Source: Thermoplasmata archaeon (GTDB taxonomy: Archaea > Thermoplasmatota > Thermoplasmata > Thermoplasmatales > ARK-15). From it: a stretch of 64,000 nt of DNA. The position numbers and the translations under genes were made by a program. The stretch covers positions 1,210-65,209 of the forward strand of contig JBMFWH010000002.1 in the NCBI GenBank assembly GCA_049965455.1. Reading direction: 5' to 3'. The notes under the pieces were generated by a model that saw only the letters and a program-made list of their open reading frames with translations, was not told the DNA's origin and did no database searches. The first letter of the stretch is position 1. Each line of letters starts with the position of its first letter. Of this stretch, positions 9,685-17,835 are shown in pieces.

Positions 9685-9692
9685 CAAAAATA

Positions 9693-9704
9693 GAAATATT
9701 TATC
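9693..9704 (+). promoter_or_regulatory. BRE/TATA-like element (GAAA-TATTTATC) upstream of the 9731 ORF
   Basis: It lies about 30 nt upstream of the ATG. The same GAAATATTT string follows two other MITE copies. Confidence 0.35.
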
Positions 9705-9730
9705 TATATGTTAGATATTAATAAATATTT

Positions 9731-10006
9731 ATGGTACATGTTATAGTTGTCCACAGTTGGGAAGATTCCCAAAAGGATAAAGTAATGGATTTCGCAAAGC
9801 AAGTAACTGATATGGCTAAGAATAAAAAACTACCGAAAGAGTTGAAGTTGCTGAGCATCGATCTGGCAGAAAACAAAAATATGGCTGTTTGCAATTGGGA
9901 TGTAGATTCAGTAGACCATCTTATGCAGGTAGCCGGGCAGTTAAAACCAACCTGGAAAATAGATGCTTTTACAGCAAAGAGTGTTTACAAAAAAGGTCTT
10001 TTATAA
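9731..10006 (+). CDS. small hypothetical protein (91 aa; DUF3303-like alpha/beta pattern, uncertain)
   Basis: Clean ORF with a promoter-like element upstream. Family assignment rests on pattern resemblance only. Confidence 0.45.
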   Translation: MVHVIVVHSWEDSQKDKVMDFAKQVTDMAKNKKLPKELKLLSIDLAENKNMAVCNWDVDSVDHLMQVAGQLKPTWKIDAFTAKSVYKKGLL

Positions 10007-10209
10007 ATTCTTTATCTCTTTTTTATTTTGTGACATTATTACTGTTTTTCAAATGTGAACTTCCCGCTCGAAATGTTAAAATCAATGCATTTAAAGACCA
10101 TTTTTCCAGTTTCATCGCTTTTTACATTTTCTTATGATGATTTTTTATTTCAATATATTATTAATTCAAGATAAATTTATATATTAGTTTGTAAGTATTA
10201 GTCAATACC

Positions 10210-10974
10210 ATGGTTAGAATAGAGCAGAAAATGGAAAATGTACCCAGATGTGTTACTGGTATCGAAGGTCTAGATAATATATTAAATGGGGGAATACCAA
10301 GAGGAAATACTGTTCTAGTCACTGGCTCTTGTGGTACTGGGAAAACCACTTTAAGTCTGGAATTTCTAGTTCATGGCTCTGAAAATGAAGAAACATCATT
10401 ATATTTATCCGTTACAGAAGCTTCTGAAAAGCTTTTTAAGAACATGATCCCGTATACGTTTTTAACAGATAAGATCTTAAAAAGCAAAAAGATGATAGCC
10501 ATAGATCTCCCTGACATTTATGAAAAATTAGGTTTAAACAAGCTAGAATTCTCTATGGATGAAATTGATATATTAATAAACTCCATCATCTCTCTGGTAA
10601 GAGATCTAAATGTAAAGCGGTTGGTTATAGATTCCATTACTTCAATTTGTTACCGGTTAAATACAGAAGAAAAAATCAGGGAATTTATATTAAGGTTAGG
10701 CAAAGGATTATCAGAGTTAGGATGCACTACATTGCTCGTATCTGAACTATTGCCTTCTGCAAAAGGGTATTCGCAGTATGGTGTCGAAGAGGCAATCGCA
10801 GATGGGATAGTTCTCTTAGGAAACCTAGAAAGAAGAGGAGATCTCTTAAGAACAGTTCAGATTATAAAGATGAGAGGAACCACTCATTCTAGAGCCAAAT
10901 ATGTGTTAGATCTGACCTCGATGGGCATATTATTAGCACCTTTATTAAAAGGAGGAAGTGTGGAAGTGAGGTGA
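10210..10974 (+). CDS. KaiC/RecA-superfamily ATPase (COG0467-like), P-loop intact
   Basis: GIEGLDNILNGGIPRGNTVLVTGSCGTGKTT (Walker A), RLVIDS (Walker B) and KMRGTTHS near the C-terminus. The likely start is MENVPR at 10231. Confidence 0.85.
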   Translation: MVRIEQKMENVPRCVTGIEGLDNILNGGIPRGNTVLVTGSCGTGKTTLSLEFLVHGSENEETSLYLSVTEASEKLFKNMIPYTFLTDKILKSKKMIAIDLPDIYEKLGLNKLEFSMDEIDILINSIISLVRDLNVKRLVIDSITSICYRLNTEEKIREFILRLGKGLSELGCTTLLVSELLPSAKGYSQYGVEEAIADGIVLLGNLERRGDLLRTVQIIKMRGTTHSRAKYVLDLTSMGILLAPLLKGGSVEVR

Positions 10975-10981
10975 CCAATTT

Positions 10982-11545
10982 ATGAGTTTATTACCAGATT
11001 TTTCCAAGAAATTATTAGATTTGCAGGAATCTGCATCGGTATCTATACAAATTTCTATAAACACGTATTTCGATGTAATAAAAACTCTTGTAGACGATTT
11101 TTCTAACAATAAAGGTACAAACATATTTTATATTTCAGCTACAATACCTTCTAGAAACATATACAGCGTTTTGGAAATGTACGGGACCAATATTGCCAAT
11201 TTATACTTTGTGGATTGCATCTCGCACATAATGATGAGCACTACAGAATACAGTGATAAGATCTTGTATGTCGAAAGCCCAACAATGCTAGAGACGATAA
11301 TGATAAAAATTGATTTTTTGCATAGAAAATTCAAAGATAGACCGAGCTTGGTAATAATAGATTCTGTAAACTCTCTAGCCATACACAACGATCTAAAAAT
11401 CTTATCTGAATTCCTGCATATTTTTGTAACTAATCTAAGGGCTAAAAATTCTTATTTGTTCATACTTTCTATGAAAGAACAGAGCAATGCAGAGATTAAC
11501 AACACACTGAATTTGGTGAGCGATGAGATAATTAATAGCGAATAA
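10982..11545 (+). CDS. short KaiC/RecA-like paralog lacking a P-loop
   Basis: 187 aa. It keeps a Walker-B-like strand (SLVIIDSVNSL) and the NIFYIS / LYFVDC pattern of KaiC-like cores, but has no GxxGxGK[ST]. Confidence 0.55.
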   Translation: MSLLPDFSKKLLDLQESASVSIQISINTYFDVIKTLVDDFSNNKGTNIFYISATIPSRNIYSVLEMYGTNIANLYFVDCISHIMMSTTEYSDKILYVESPTMLETIMIKIDFLHRKFKDRPSLVIIDSVNSLAIHNDLKILSEFLHIFVTNLRAKNSYLFILSMKEQSNAEINNTLNLVSDEIINSE

Positions 11546-11565
11546 CAATCAGGGGGTTCAAAATT

Positions 11566-12306
11566 ATGAAAGTTACTACAACCGGAATAAAATATCTAGA
11601 TGAATGGTTGATGGACGGCATACCTTTAGGGTACACTACATTGATCACTGGCAACTCCGGTGCAGGAATAGAGTTGTTTGCAAAGCAATTTGCAGGGTCA
11701 CACGAAGAAGATGAGAATGTAGTATATTTTACCACCTCGGAGCGAGACGAGGATCTTCTCTCTATCTTTAATAACTTTAAATGGAAGTCTGATATAAAGA
11801 TTGTAAATATCGGATCCCTGTACTACAGGACAGTTTTGGAAAAAGAGTTAGAAATTAGCAAATACAGGGAAGAGGGAATTCCTGCTGGAGAACTATTAAC
11901 ACCTAGCCGTTATATCCCAAGCAAAAAAGTTGATTTCATGACTATGATTACGTATGAGATTTCTAAATTAAAACCACCCTTCAGGTTGATCATTGATTCT
12001 TTAGATTTTTTTCTTACCTTAGGAGAGCAATCTCGCATGATCTCCTCATTAAGAACTATTAAATCACATACTCAGCATAATGATGGTACTGCGTTAATAA
12101 CCATACTCACCAGTCTTGGTTCTCAGTCGGTAGAGATGGCTATCGAAGAGATCGTTGACATCATATTCAGTATGGAAATGATCAGGTCCGGAACTGGAAT
12201 AGAACGCCTATTTACCATTAAAAAGTTTAGGAACCATCCTGAAAAAACAGGAATTTTTAGATATGAAGTTACAGATTCCGGGATAAACATAAAACCATTT
12301 AAATAG
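11566..12306 (+). CDS. KaiC/RecA-like protein with degenerate Walker A
   Basis: GIKYLDEWLMDGIPLGYTTLITGNSGAGIE shows Lys-Thr replaced by Ile-Glu. RLIIDSLD is Walker B. The C-terminal FTIKKFRNHP...GINIKP matches the KaiC-like tail. Confidence 0.75.
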   Translation: MKVTTTGIKYLDEWLMDGIPLGYTTLITGNSGAGIELFAKQFAGSHEEDENVVYFTTSERDEDLLSIFNNFKWKSDIKIVNIGSLYYRTVLEKELEISKYREEGIPAGELLTPSRYIPSKKVDFMTMITYEISKLKPPFRLIIDSLDFFLTLGEQSRMISSLRTIKSHTQHNDGTALITILTSLGSQSVEMAIEEIVDIIFSMEMIRSGTGIERLFTIKKFRNHPEKTGIFRYEVTDSGINIKPFK

Positions 12307-12408
12307 CATCTCTCTTTTATCATATCAAGAGAGCGTGAGACTATTAAAGAAAAAGATTGGATAAGACTAGAAAACGCATTTACGTCTATATTTAGTGAGT
12401 ATGATAGA

Positions 12409-13023
12409 ATGAACCATTTTATGTCTTTAGGCAATGACATAGCACTTAGGCTAGAGGCTATTAAGAATATTCCCGAAAACTCTCTGGTACTGGATGCAGG
12501 TTGTGGGCCCGGCATAATGTCCAAAATCGCATTGCTTGAAATAAATCCAAAGAAGATAGTAATGCTGGACCCAAATAAATTTTTATTGGACAATATTTCC
12601 ATAGATTCCAGCAAGATTGAAAAAGTGCAGGGGACCTTCGAAAAATTACCATTTGCAGACTCTTATTTTGATGCTGTTATGTGTGGCTTTTCATTTAGAG
12701 ATGCCATTGATTTTAAGATTGCTTCTTCCGAGCTGGCCAGAGTGCTAAAAAAAGATGGGGTATTAGTTTTAGTGGATCTCGGCAAACCAGATAACATTTT
12801 AAGATATTTCTTCTATGTTTATCTGGCAATTATGCCTACCAGTTTAATATTGTTCCTAAACCGAAAAAAACTAAAAGATTATTTAACATTATATAAGACC
12901 TTTAGAAATTATATAACATATTCGGAGATTCAGAGTTTATTTAAAAATAATGGCATGAAACTTTTTAAATTCAGGAAGATTTTAATGGGCGGTTTGATCT
13001 ATATGATCTGGAGAAAGGAGTAG
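12409..13023 (+). CDS. ubiE: UbiE/MenG-type SAM-dependent (demethyl)menaquinone methyltransferase
   Basis: (YDR)MNHFMSLG and the SAM motif VLDAGCGPG. Family-typical residues continue upstream of the first ATG (see findings). Confidence 0.8.
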   Translation: MNHFMSLGNDIALRLEAIKNIPENSLVLDAGCGPGIMSKIALLEINPKKIVMLDPNKFLLDNISIDSSKIEKVQGTFEKLPFADSYFDAVMCGFSFRDAIDFKIASSELARVLKKDGVLVLVDLGKPDNILRYFFYVYLAIMPTSLILFLNRKKLKDYLTLYKTFRNYITYSEIQSLFKNNGMKLFKFRKILMGGLIYMIWRKE

Positions 13024-13027
13024 TATT

Positions 13028-14446
13028 ATGTTTAAAGATTTGAGAGAATATATAGAAACGTTAAAAACCAATAACATGCTTACGGAGATTAATACTGAGA
13101 TAAGTGCAGATCTTCAGATTTCTAAGATCCTGAGGGAGTACCTTCCTCTAAAAAAATCGATTATTTTCAACAATGTACATGGGTACAAAATGAAGGTATT
13201 CGGAAATGCATTTGCATCGATGGAGCACATGCACACTGCCCTGAATCTTACAGACTTTTCAGAGCCAGCAAACAGGATATTAGAACTTACAAAACAGTTG
13301 CCCGGGGGATATTACGAAGCATTAAAACAGCTATCCAAGCTGAAAGATCTATTTTCAGTAAAGCCCAAATCCGTTAAGAATGGGCCTGTAAAAGAGGAAG
13401 TTTCAGATAAACTTGATTTTAACTCTCTTCCTGTTCTGAGAACCTGGCCTGGAGATGCAGAGAGATTCATTACGTTCCCTTTGGTGGTAACAAAATCAAA
13501 AGATGGCAGATACAATATGGGAGTTTATAGAATGCAGATCTATGACCCCAAGACTGCAGGTATGCACTGGCAGATACATAAACATGGTGCGGAAAATTTC
13601 GAAGAGTCTACAGGAAATATCGATGTAGCAGTGGTGATTGGCGCAGATCCGGCTACGATATATTCAGCAGTAGCCCCTGTTCCAAAGCAGATTGATGATT
13701 ATTTATTCTCTGGCCTTTTAAGAGGATCGCCTCTGGAGCTTGTAAGTTGTGAATCGATAGATTTAGAAGTTCCTGCAAATGCTGAGATAGTACTGGAAGG
13801 GTATGTGAAAAAAGACGAGTTAAGAGAGGAAGGACCGTTCGGGGACCATACAGGATACTATACGCCCCCAGAAAAATATCCGGTATTTCATCTAAAAAAC
13901 GTAATGATGCGATCTGACCCTATATATCATGCCACTGTTGTTGGCAGGCCCGTGATGGAAGATGCCTATATTGGGAAAACAATAGAACGCATGTTTTTGC
14001 CACTGATACAGATGTTTTTACCAGAAGTTATAGACATTAACTTGCCTTTTGAAGGGGTTTTTCATAATATATTATTGGTTTCTATAAAAAAGAGGTTTCC
14101 TGGCCAAGCAAGAAAAGTCGTGTTTGGATTATGGGGCCTGGACATGCTAGCTCTAACCAAATATATAATCGTGGTAGATAGCGATATAAACGTTCAGAAT
14201 CTTGGGGAAGTATTATGGGCTCTGGGCACTAGATCAGATCCAAAAAGAGATAGCATAGTCACAGAAGGACCATTGGATGTATTAGATCATGCTTCTTACA
14301 GAGAAGGATTTGGTGGTAAGATGGGAATAGACGCCACTAAAAAACTGAAAAATGAGGGATATGACCGGGACTGGGCTGATACAATAGAAGAATCAAGAGA
14401 GATAGAAAAATGGTTTGAGCAAAGGAAGAAAGATTATGGGCTCTAA
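13028..14446 (+). CDS. ubiD: UbiD-family (prenyl-FMN dependent) decarboxylase
   Basis: 472 aa with RYNMGVYRMQ, GPFGDHTGYY and the MEDAYIGK region typical of UbiD. Confidence 0.9.
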   Translation: MFKDLREYIETLKTNNMLTEINTEISADLQISKILREYLPLKKSIIFNNVHGYKMKVFGNAFASMEHMHTALNLTDFSEPANRILELTKQLPGGYYEALKQLSKLKDLFSVKPKSVKNGPVKEEVSDKLDFNSLPVLRTWPGDAERFITFPLVVTKSKDGRYNMGVYRMQIYDPKTAGMHWQIHKHGAENFEESTGNIDVAVVIGADPATIYSAVAPVPKQIDDYLFSGLLRGSPLELVSCESIDLEVPANAEIVLEGYVKKDELREEGPFGDHTGYYTPPEKYPVFHLKNVMMRSDPIYHATVVGRPVMEDAYIGKTIERMFLPLIQMFLPEVIDINLPFEGVFHNILLVSIKKRFPGQARKVVFGLWGLDMLALTKYIIVVDSDINVQNLGEVLWALGTRSDPKRDSIVTEGPLDVLDHASYREGFGGKMGIDATKKLKNEGYDRDWADTIEESREIEKWFEQRKKDYGL

Positions 14447-15317
14447 CTTTGACCCTGGTGCTGCTAAAAGTACTAGTAAAAAGATCGTTTTATTTTTCAG
14501 ATTTATAAGGGTTGAACACACATTATTTTCATTGCCTTTCGCTTACATTGGCTCTTTTTTAGCGTTACGTAATATACCGACGCTCTTGCAGTTTTTATTG
14601 ATTGCCATAGCGGTATTCGGAGCAAGAACTGGCGGAATGGCAATGAACAACTTAGCGGATAGAAACATAGACAGATTAAATCCTAGAACAAAAGACAGAC
14701 CTACCGCTACCGGGATCATTTCAGCCAAAGATACAATATATTTTGTAATTTTCAGCTATTTATTATTTGAAATCTCCGCTTATTTTTTAAATCCACTGAG
14801 TTTCAAGCTATCTCCATTTGTCGTGTTGATTGGCGTAATATACCCGTACACAAAGAGATTCACGAGCAATGCGCATTTGTTTATGGGATTGAATAATGCC
14901 ATAGCTCCGGTTGGAGGATGGATCGCGGTTTCTGACTCTTTTGACCCGAGAAGCCTGTTTCTATTTTTTGCAGTAATGCTCTGGGTTGCAGGGTTTGACA
15001 TTATTTATTCTTTAATGGACGAAGATTTTGATCGGTTAAATCATTTACATTCTTTTCCAGTCTTATTTGGCAAAAAAAGATCCTTGTACATATCCTTGCT
15101 TTTTCATATTCTTACGATCTCCTTTCTAATAGCATTTTATTTTGTCTATCCCCTCTCCATATATTATATCTTTCTTATAATTATAATTGCAATGCTATTG
15201 TTTTATCAACAATACCTTGTTAATTTAAGACTTGAGAATATAGAAAAAGCCTTTAATATTAATCTTTATATTGCAATACTGCTATTTTTCTCTATATTTC
15301 TTGGAGTTTTTTTATAG
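14415..15317 (+). CDS. ubiA: UbiA-family aromatic prenyltransferase
   Basis: Polytopic membrane protein with NNLADRNIDRLNPRTKDRP and a second Asp-rich motif (DIIYSLMDEDFD). The likely start is MGSNF at about 14436, overlapping the ubiD stop. Confidence 0.85.
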   Translation: MSKGRKIMGSNFDPGAAKSTSKKIVLFFRFIRVEHTLFSLPFAYIGSFLALRNIPTLLQFLLIAIAVFGARTGGMAMNNLADRNIDRLNPRTKDRPTATGIISAKDTIYFVIFSYLLFEISAYFLNPLSFKLSPFVVLIGVIYPYTKRFTSNAHLFMGLNNAIAPVGGWIAVSDSFDPRSLFLFFAVMLWVAGFDIIYSLMDEDFDRLNHLHSFPVLFGKKRSLYISLLFHILTISFLIAFYFVYPLSIYYIFLIIIIAMLLFYQQYLVNLRLENIEKAFNINLYIAILLFFSIFLGVFL

Positions 15318-15399
15318 GAGGCAATCTAAATTGATTTTTATCTTTTAAATAAAGGTTATATATAGGTTAAAATTATCCAGTATTTAAAGTGGTGAAATT

Positions 15400-15954
15400 A
15401 TGGGCAATGAAAGTAAGATAAATATTGAAAATATCGTAGCTTCAACTACCCTTGCAGAGAAACTGGATCTTAGCAAGATCGCTTTGGCTCTTGACGGTTC
15501 AGAATATGAACCTGAGCAGTTTCCAGGGTTAATATATAGATTAACTGAACCTAAAACCGCTGTATTAATATTCAGAAGTGGCAAAGTGAACTGCACTGGC
15601 GCCAAAGATCTAAACAGCGTAAAATTAACAATCCAGACTATTGTTAAAAAACTTAAAAGTGCAGATATAGATGTATATGATGAACCTGAGATAATTGTCC
15701 AGAACATAGTAGCAGTATATGACCTGAATGCAGAACTTAACTTAACGGACATTGCGATGTCCCTGGGCCTAGAAAACGTAGAATATGAACCTGAGCAGTT
15801 TCCAGGACTGGTTTACAGGGTAGAGGATCCGAAAGTCGTGCTATTGCTGTTTGGATCAGGGAAAGTTGTATGCACTGGTGCTAAAAAAGAAGAAGAGATA
15901 TTAGAGGCAGTAGCGAAACTTAAGAAAGAATTAACAAAAGTAGGGTTCTTATAA
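15400..15954 (+). CDS. tbp: TATA-box binding protein
   Basis: Two direct repeats, each with EYEPEQFPGL(I/V)YR...GK(V)..TGAK. 184 aa. Confidence 0.95.
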   Translation: MGNESKINIENIVASTTLAEKLDLSKIALALDGSEYEPEQFPGLIYRLTEPKTAVLIFRSGKVNCTGAKDLNSVKLTIQTIVKKLKSADIDVYDEPEIIVQNIVAVYDLNAELNLTDIAMSLGLENVEYEPEQFPGLVYRVEDPKVVLLLFGSGKVVCTGAKKEEEILEAVAKLKKELTKVGFL

Positions 15955-15986
15955 TTTTATTTATTTTTTATGATTTTAGTGATGCA

Positions 15987-17537
15987 ATGAACTATTATTT
16001 AATTTTTTTAATTATTTTAATAATCTGGTTTGGATTTTTATATGCGATAAATTCTTATTTAAAAAATAATAAAAATTTTTCCTTGTATGGCCCTGCGCTT
16101 ATGTTTAAAACAGAAAGGGGAAAAAAATTTATTGAGCGAATATCAAGATATAGGATATGGAAAAGATACGGTGATTTTGGGGTAATACTGAGTTTTGCCA
16201 TTATGTTTGGCACTCTGGCATTACTGATCTGGGAGGCTACGCTGGTACCTTTAATTCCAAAATCAAGAGCGCCATCACCCATTGAGGCGCTGGGATTACC
16301 TGGCATAAACCCTTTGATTCCAATATGGTACGGACTTTTAGCCATAATTATAGCAGTAGTGATCCACGAGTTTTCTCATGGAATACTCACTAAAACTCAA
16401 AAAATGAAAATCAATTCGTTAGGCATATTATTTTTCATAATTCCGGTTGGTGCTTTCGTAGAGCCTGATGAAGAAGAACTTTCAAAAGCGCCAAGATTAA
16501 AAAGGATGAGGGTATATGCTGCAGGAGCAACTACAAACATTGTTGTAGCCACAATTGCAGCTTTGCTGTTTCTGTCATTGTTCAGTGGCGTGACTCCCAT
16601 ATCTCATGGCTCAGTGATTACATCCGTTTATTCAGATCCTTTTAACAGCTTAAACACAGGAATGGAAATAACCAATTTTAATGGCACTTCTATAAATTCC
16701 ACGACTCAGTTCAATTCAGTAATGGTTAATCCAGGATCAAAAGTAAACGCAACGGTATTTTATAACAATAACTTCCACAATATCGAGATCTATGCTGGGG
16801 TAATGATAATAAATGTTCTAGCAGGCACTCCTGCCGCGAATTCAGGATTAAAATCCGGAGAGCTCATTAAAAATATAAATAATGTTACTATTTACAATAC
16901 GCAAATACTTGACAATTTTCTGGGCAGTAGCCTGTCTGGGCAGATGATTAATATATCTTTATTGCAGTATTCGAGCACTGGCATTATGCAGATTAGCAGG
17001 TCTGTTACGCTGATGGATAAATATGCTTATTACGCCCAGAACGATCCTGCCGCAAATAACAATTCATATAAAGGGCATGGCTTTTTGGGTATATCATCTT
17101 CTTATCTGGGAGTAGCAATGATGAATGTGAGTTTGATACCTGCTATCATGTCTAATCCGGTCGGCTCGATCAGCATACAAAACCTGTTTCATGGCTTTTT
17201 ATTGTTTATCTCACTCCCTTTTCTTGGTCTAGCGCCTCTATCAGGCTCTCTTGCCAGCCTATATACCACTCCTTTTTATGCCCCTCTTTTCTGGATCATT
17301 GTTAACATAATTTACTGGATCTTCTGGCTTGATTTAATGCTGGGCATGACCAATTTGTTACCCGCAATACCTCTTGATGGCGGGTACCTCTTTAGAGATG
17401 CATTTTCAGAGTTTTTGCACAGGATTAACTTAAAAATAAAAAATTTTGATCGAGCTGCCAATATCATAACAGGAACATTATCCCTATTGATCCTATTTTT
17501 GATTTTATGGGAGTTTATAGGCCCAAGAATTTTTTGA
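15987..17537 (+). CDS. site-2 protease family (M50) intramembrane metalloprotease with PDZ-like insert
   Basis: HEFSHG (HExxH) in a TM helix, NLLPAIPLDGG near the C-terminus, and multiple TM segments. Confidence 0.85.
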   Translation: MNYYLIFLIILIIWFGFLYAINSYLKNNKNFSLYGPALMFKTERGKKFIERISRYRIWKRYGDFGVILSFAIMFGTLALLIWEATLVPLIPKSRAPSPIEALGLPGINPLIPIWYGLLAIIIAVVIHEFSHGILTKTQKMKINSLGILFFIIPVGAFVEPDEEELSKAPRLKRMRVYAAGATTNIVVATIAALLFLSLFSGVTPISHGSVITSVYSDPFNSLNTGMEITNFNGTSINSTTQFNSVMVNPGSKVNATVFYNNNFHNIEIYAGVMIINVLAGTPAANSGLKSGELIKNINNVTIYNTQILDNFLGSSLSGQMINISLLQYSSTGIMQISRSVTLMDKYAYYAQNDPAANNNSYKGHGFLGISSSYLGVAMMNVSLIPAIMSNPVGSISIQNLFHGFLLFISLPFLGLAPLSGSLASLYTTPFYAPLFWIIVNIIYWIFWLDLMLGMTNLLPAIPLDGGYLFRDAFSEFLHRINLKIKNFDRAANIITGTLSLLILFLILWEFIGPRIF

Positions 17538-17553
17538 GAATATATATGTATTT

Positions 17554-17835
17554 TTGATCATAAAAATGCTATTTAAATCGAAACCAAAAATTTTAATAGT
17601 GCACTCTCTATCATTCATAGTGAGTGAAACAATGAGCAGATGCATTATTTGTGGGAAAAAGCTAGCATCAGAAATCAGTATCTATTGCCCAGACTGTGAA
17701 TATGAACTGAAGAGAGTGAGGTTGAAAGGGGAAGAGTCCCTTTCTGATTACATTGCAAGGGTCGAAGAGGATAGAAGCGAGATGATTAAACCAGGGAAAA
17801 ATATTAAAAGTTTGATGGAGTGGGATAAACAATGA
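17554..17835 (+). CDS. small zinc-ribbon protein
   Basis: CIICGKK...CPDCEY. The probable true start is MSRC at 17632. Its stop overlaps the next gene's start (ATGA). Confidence 0.5.
   Translation: MIIKMLFKSKPKILIVHSLSFIVSETMSRCIICGKKLASEISIYCPDCEYELKRVRLKGEESLSDYIARVEEDRSEMIKPGKNIKSLMEWDKQ

Noticed and set aside
9404-9692. The tandem ~100/174-bp repeats as a possible CRISPR or satellite array.
   Set aside because: There are only two units. They have terminal inverted repeats and TSDs and match dispersed copies elsewhere. There is no repeat-spacer periodicity and no cas genes in the window.
12304-12306. The in-frame TAG between the KaiC-like gene and ubiE as a pyrrolysine or recoded codon.
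   Set aside because: TAG is used as an ordinary stop elsewhere in the window (ubiE itself ends in TAG at 13021-13023). No Pyl machinery or methylamine methyltransferases are visible. A shared frame has a one-in-three chance.
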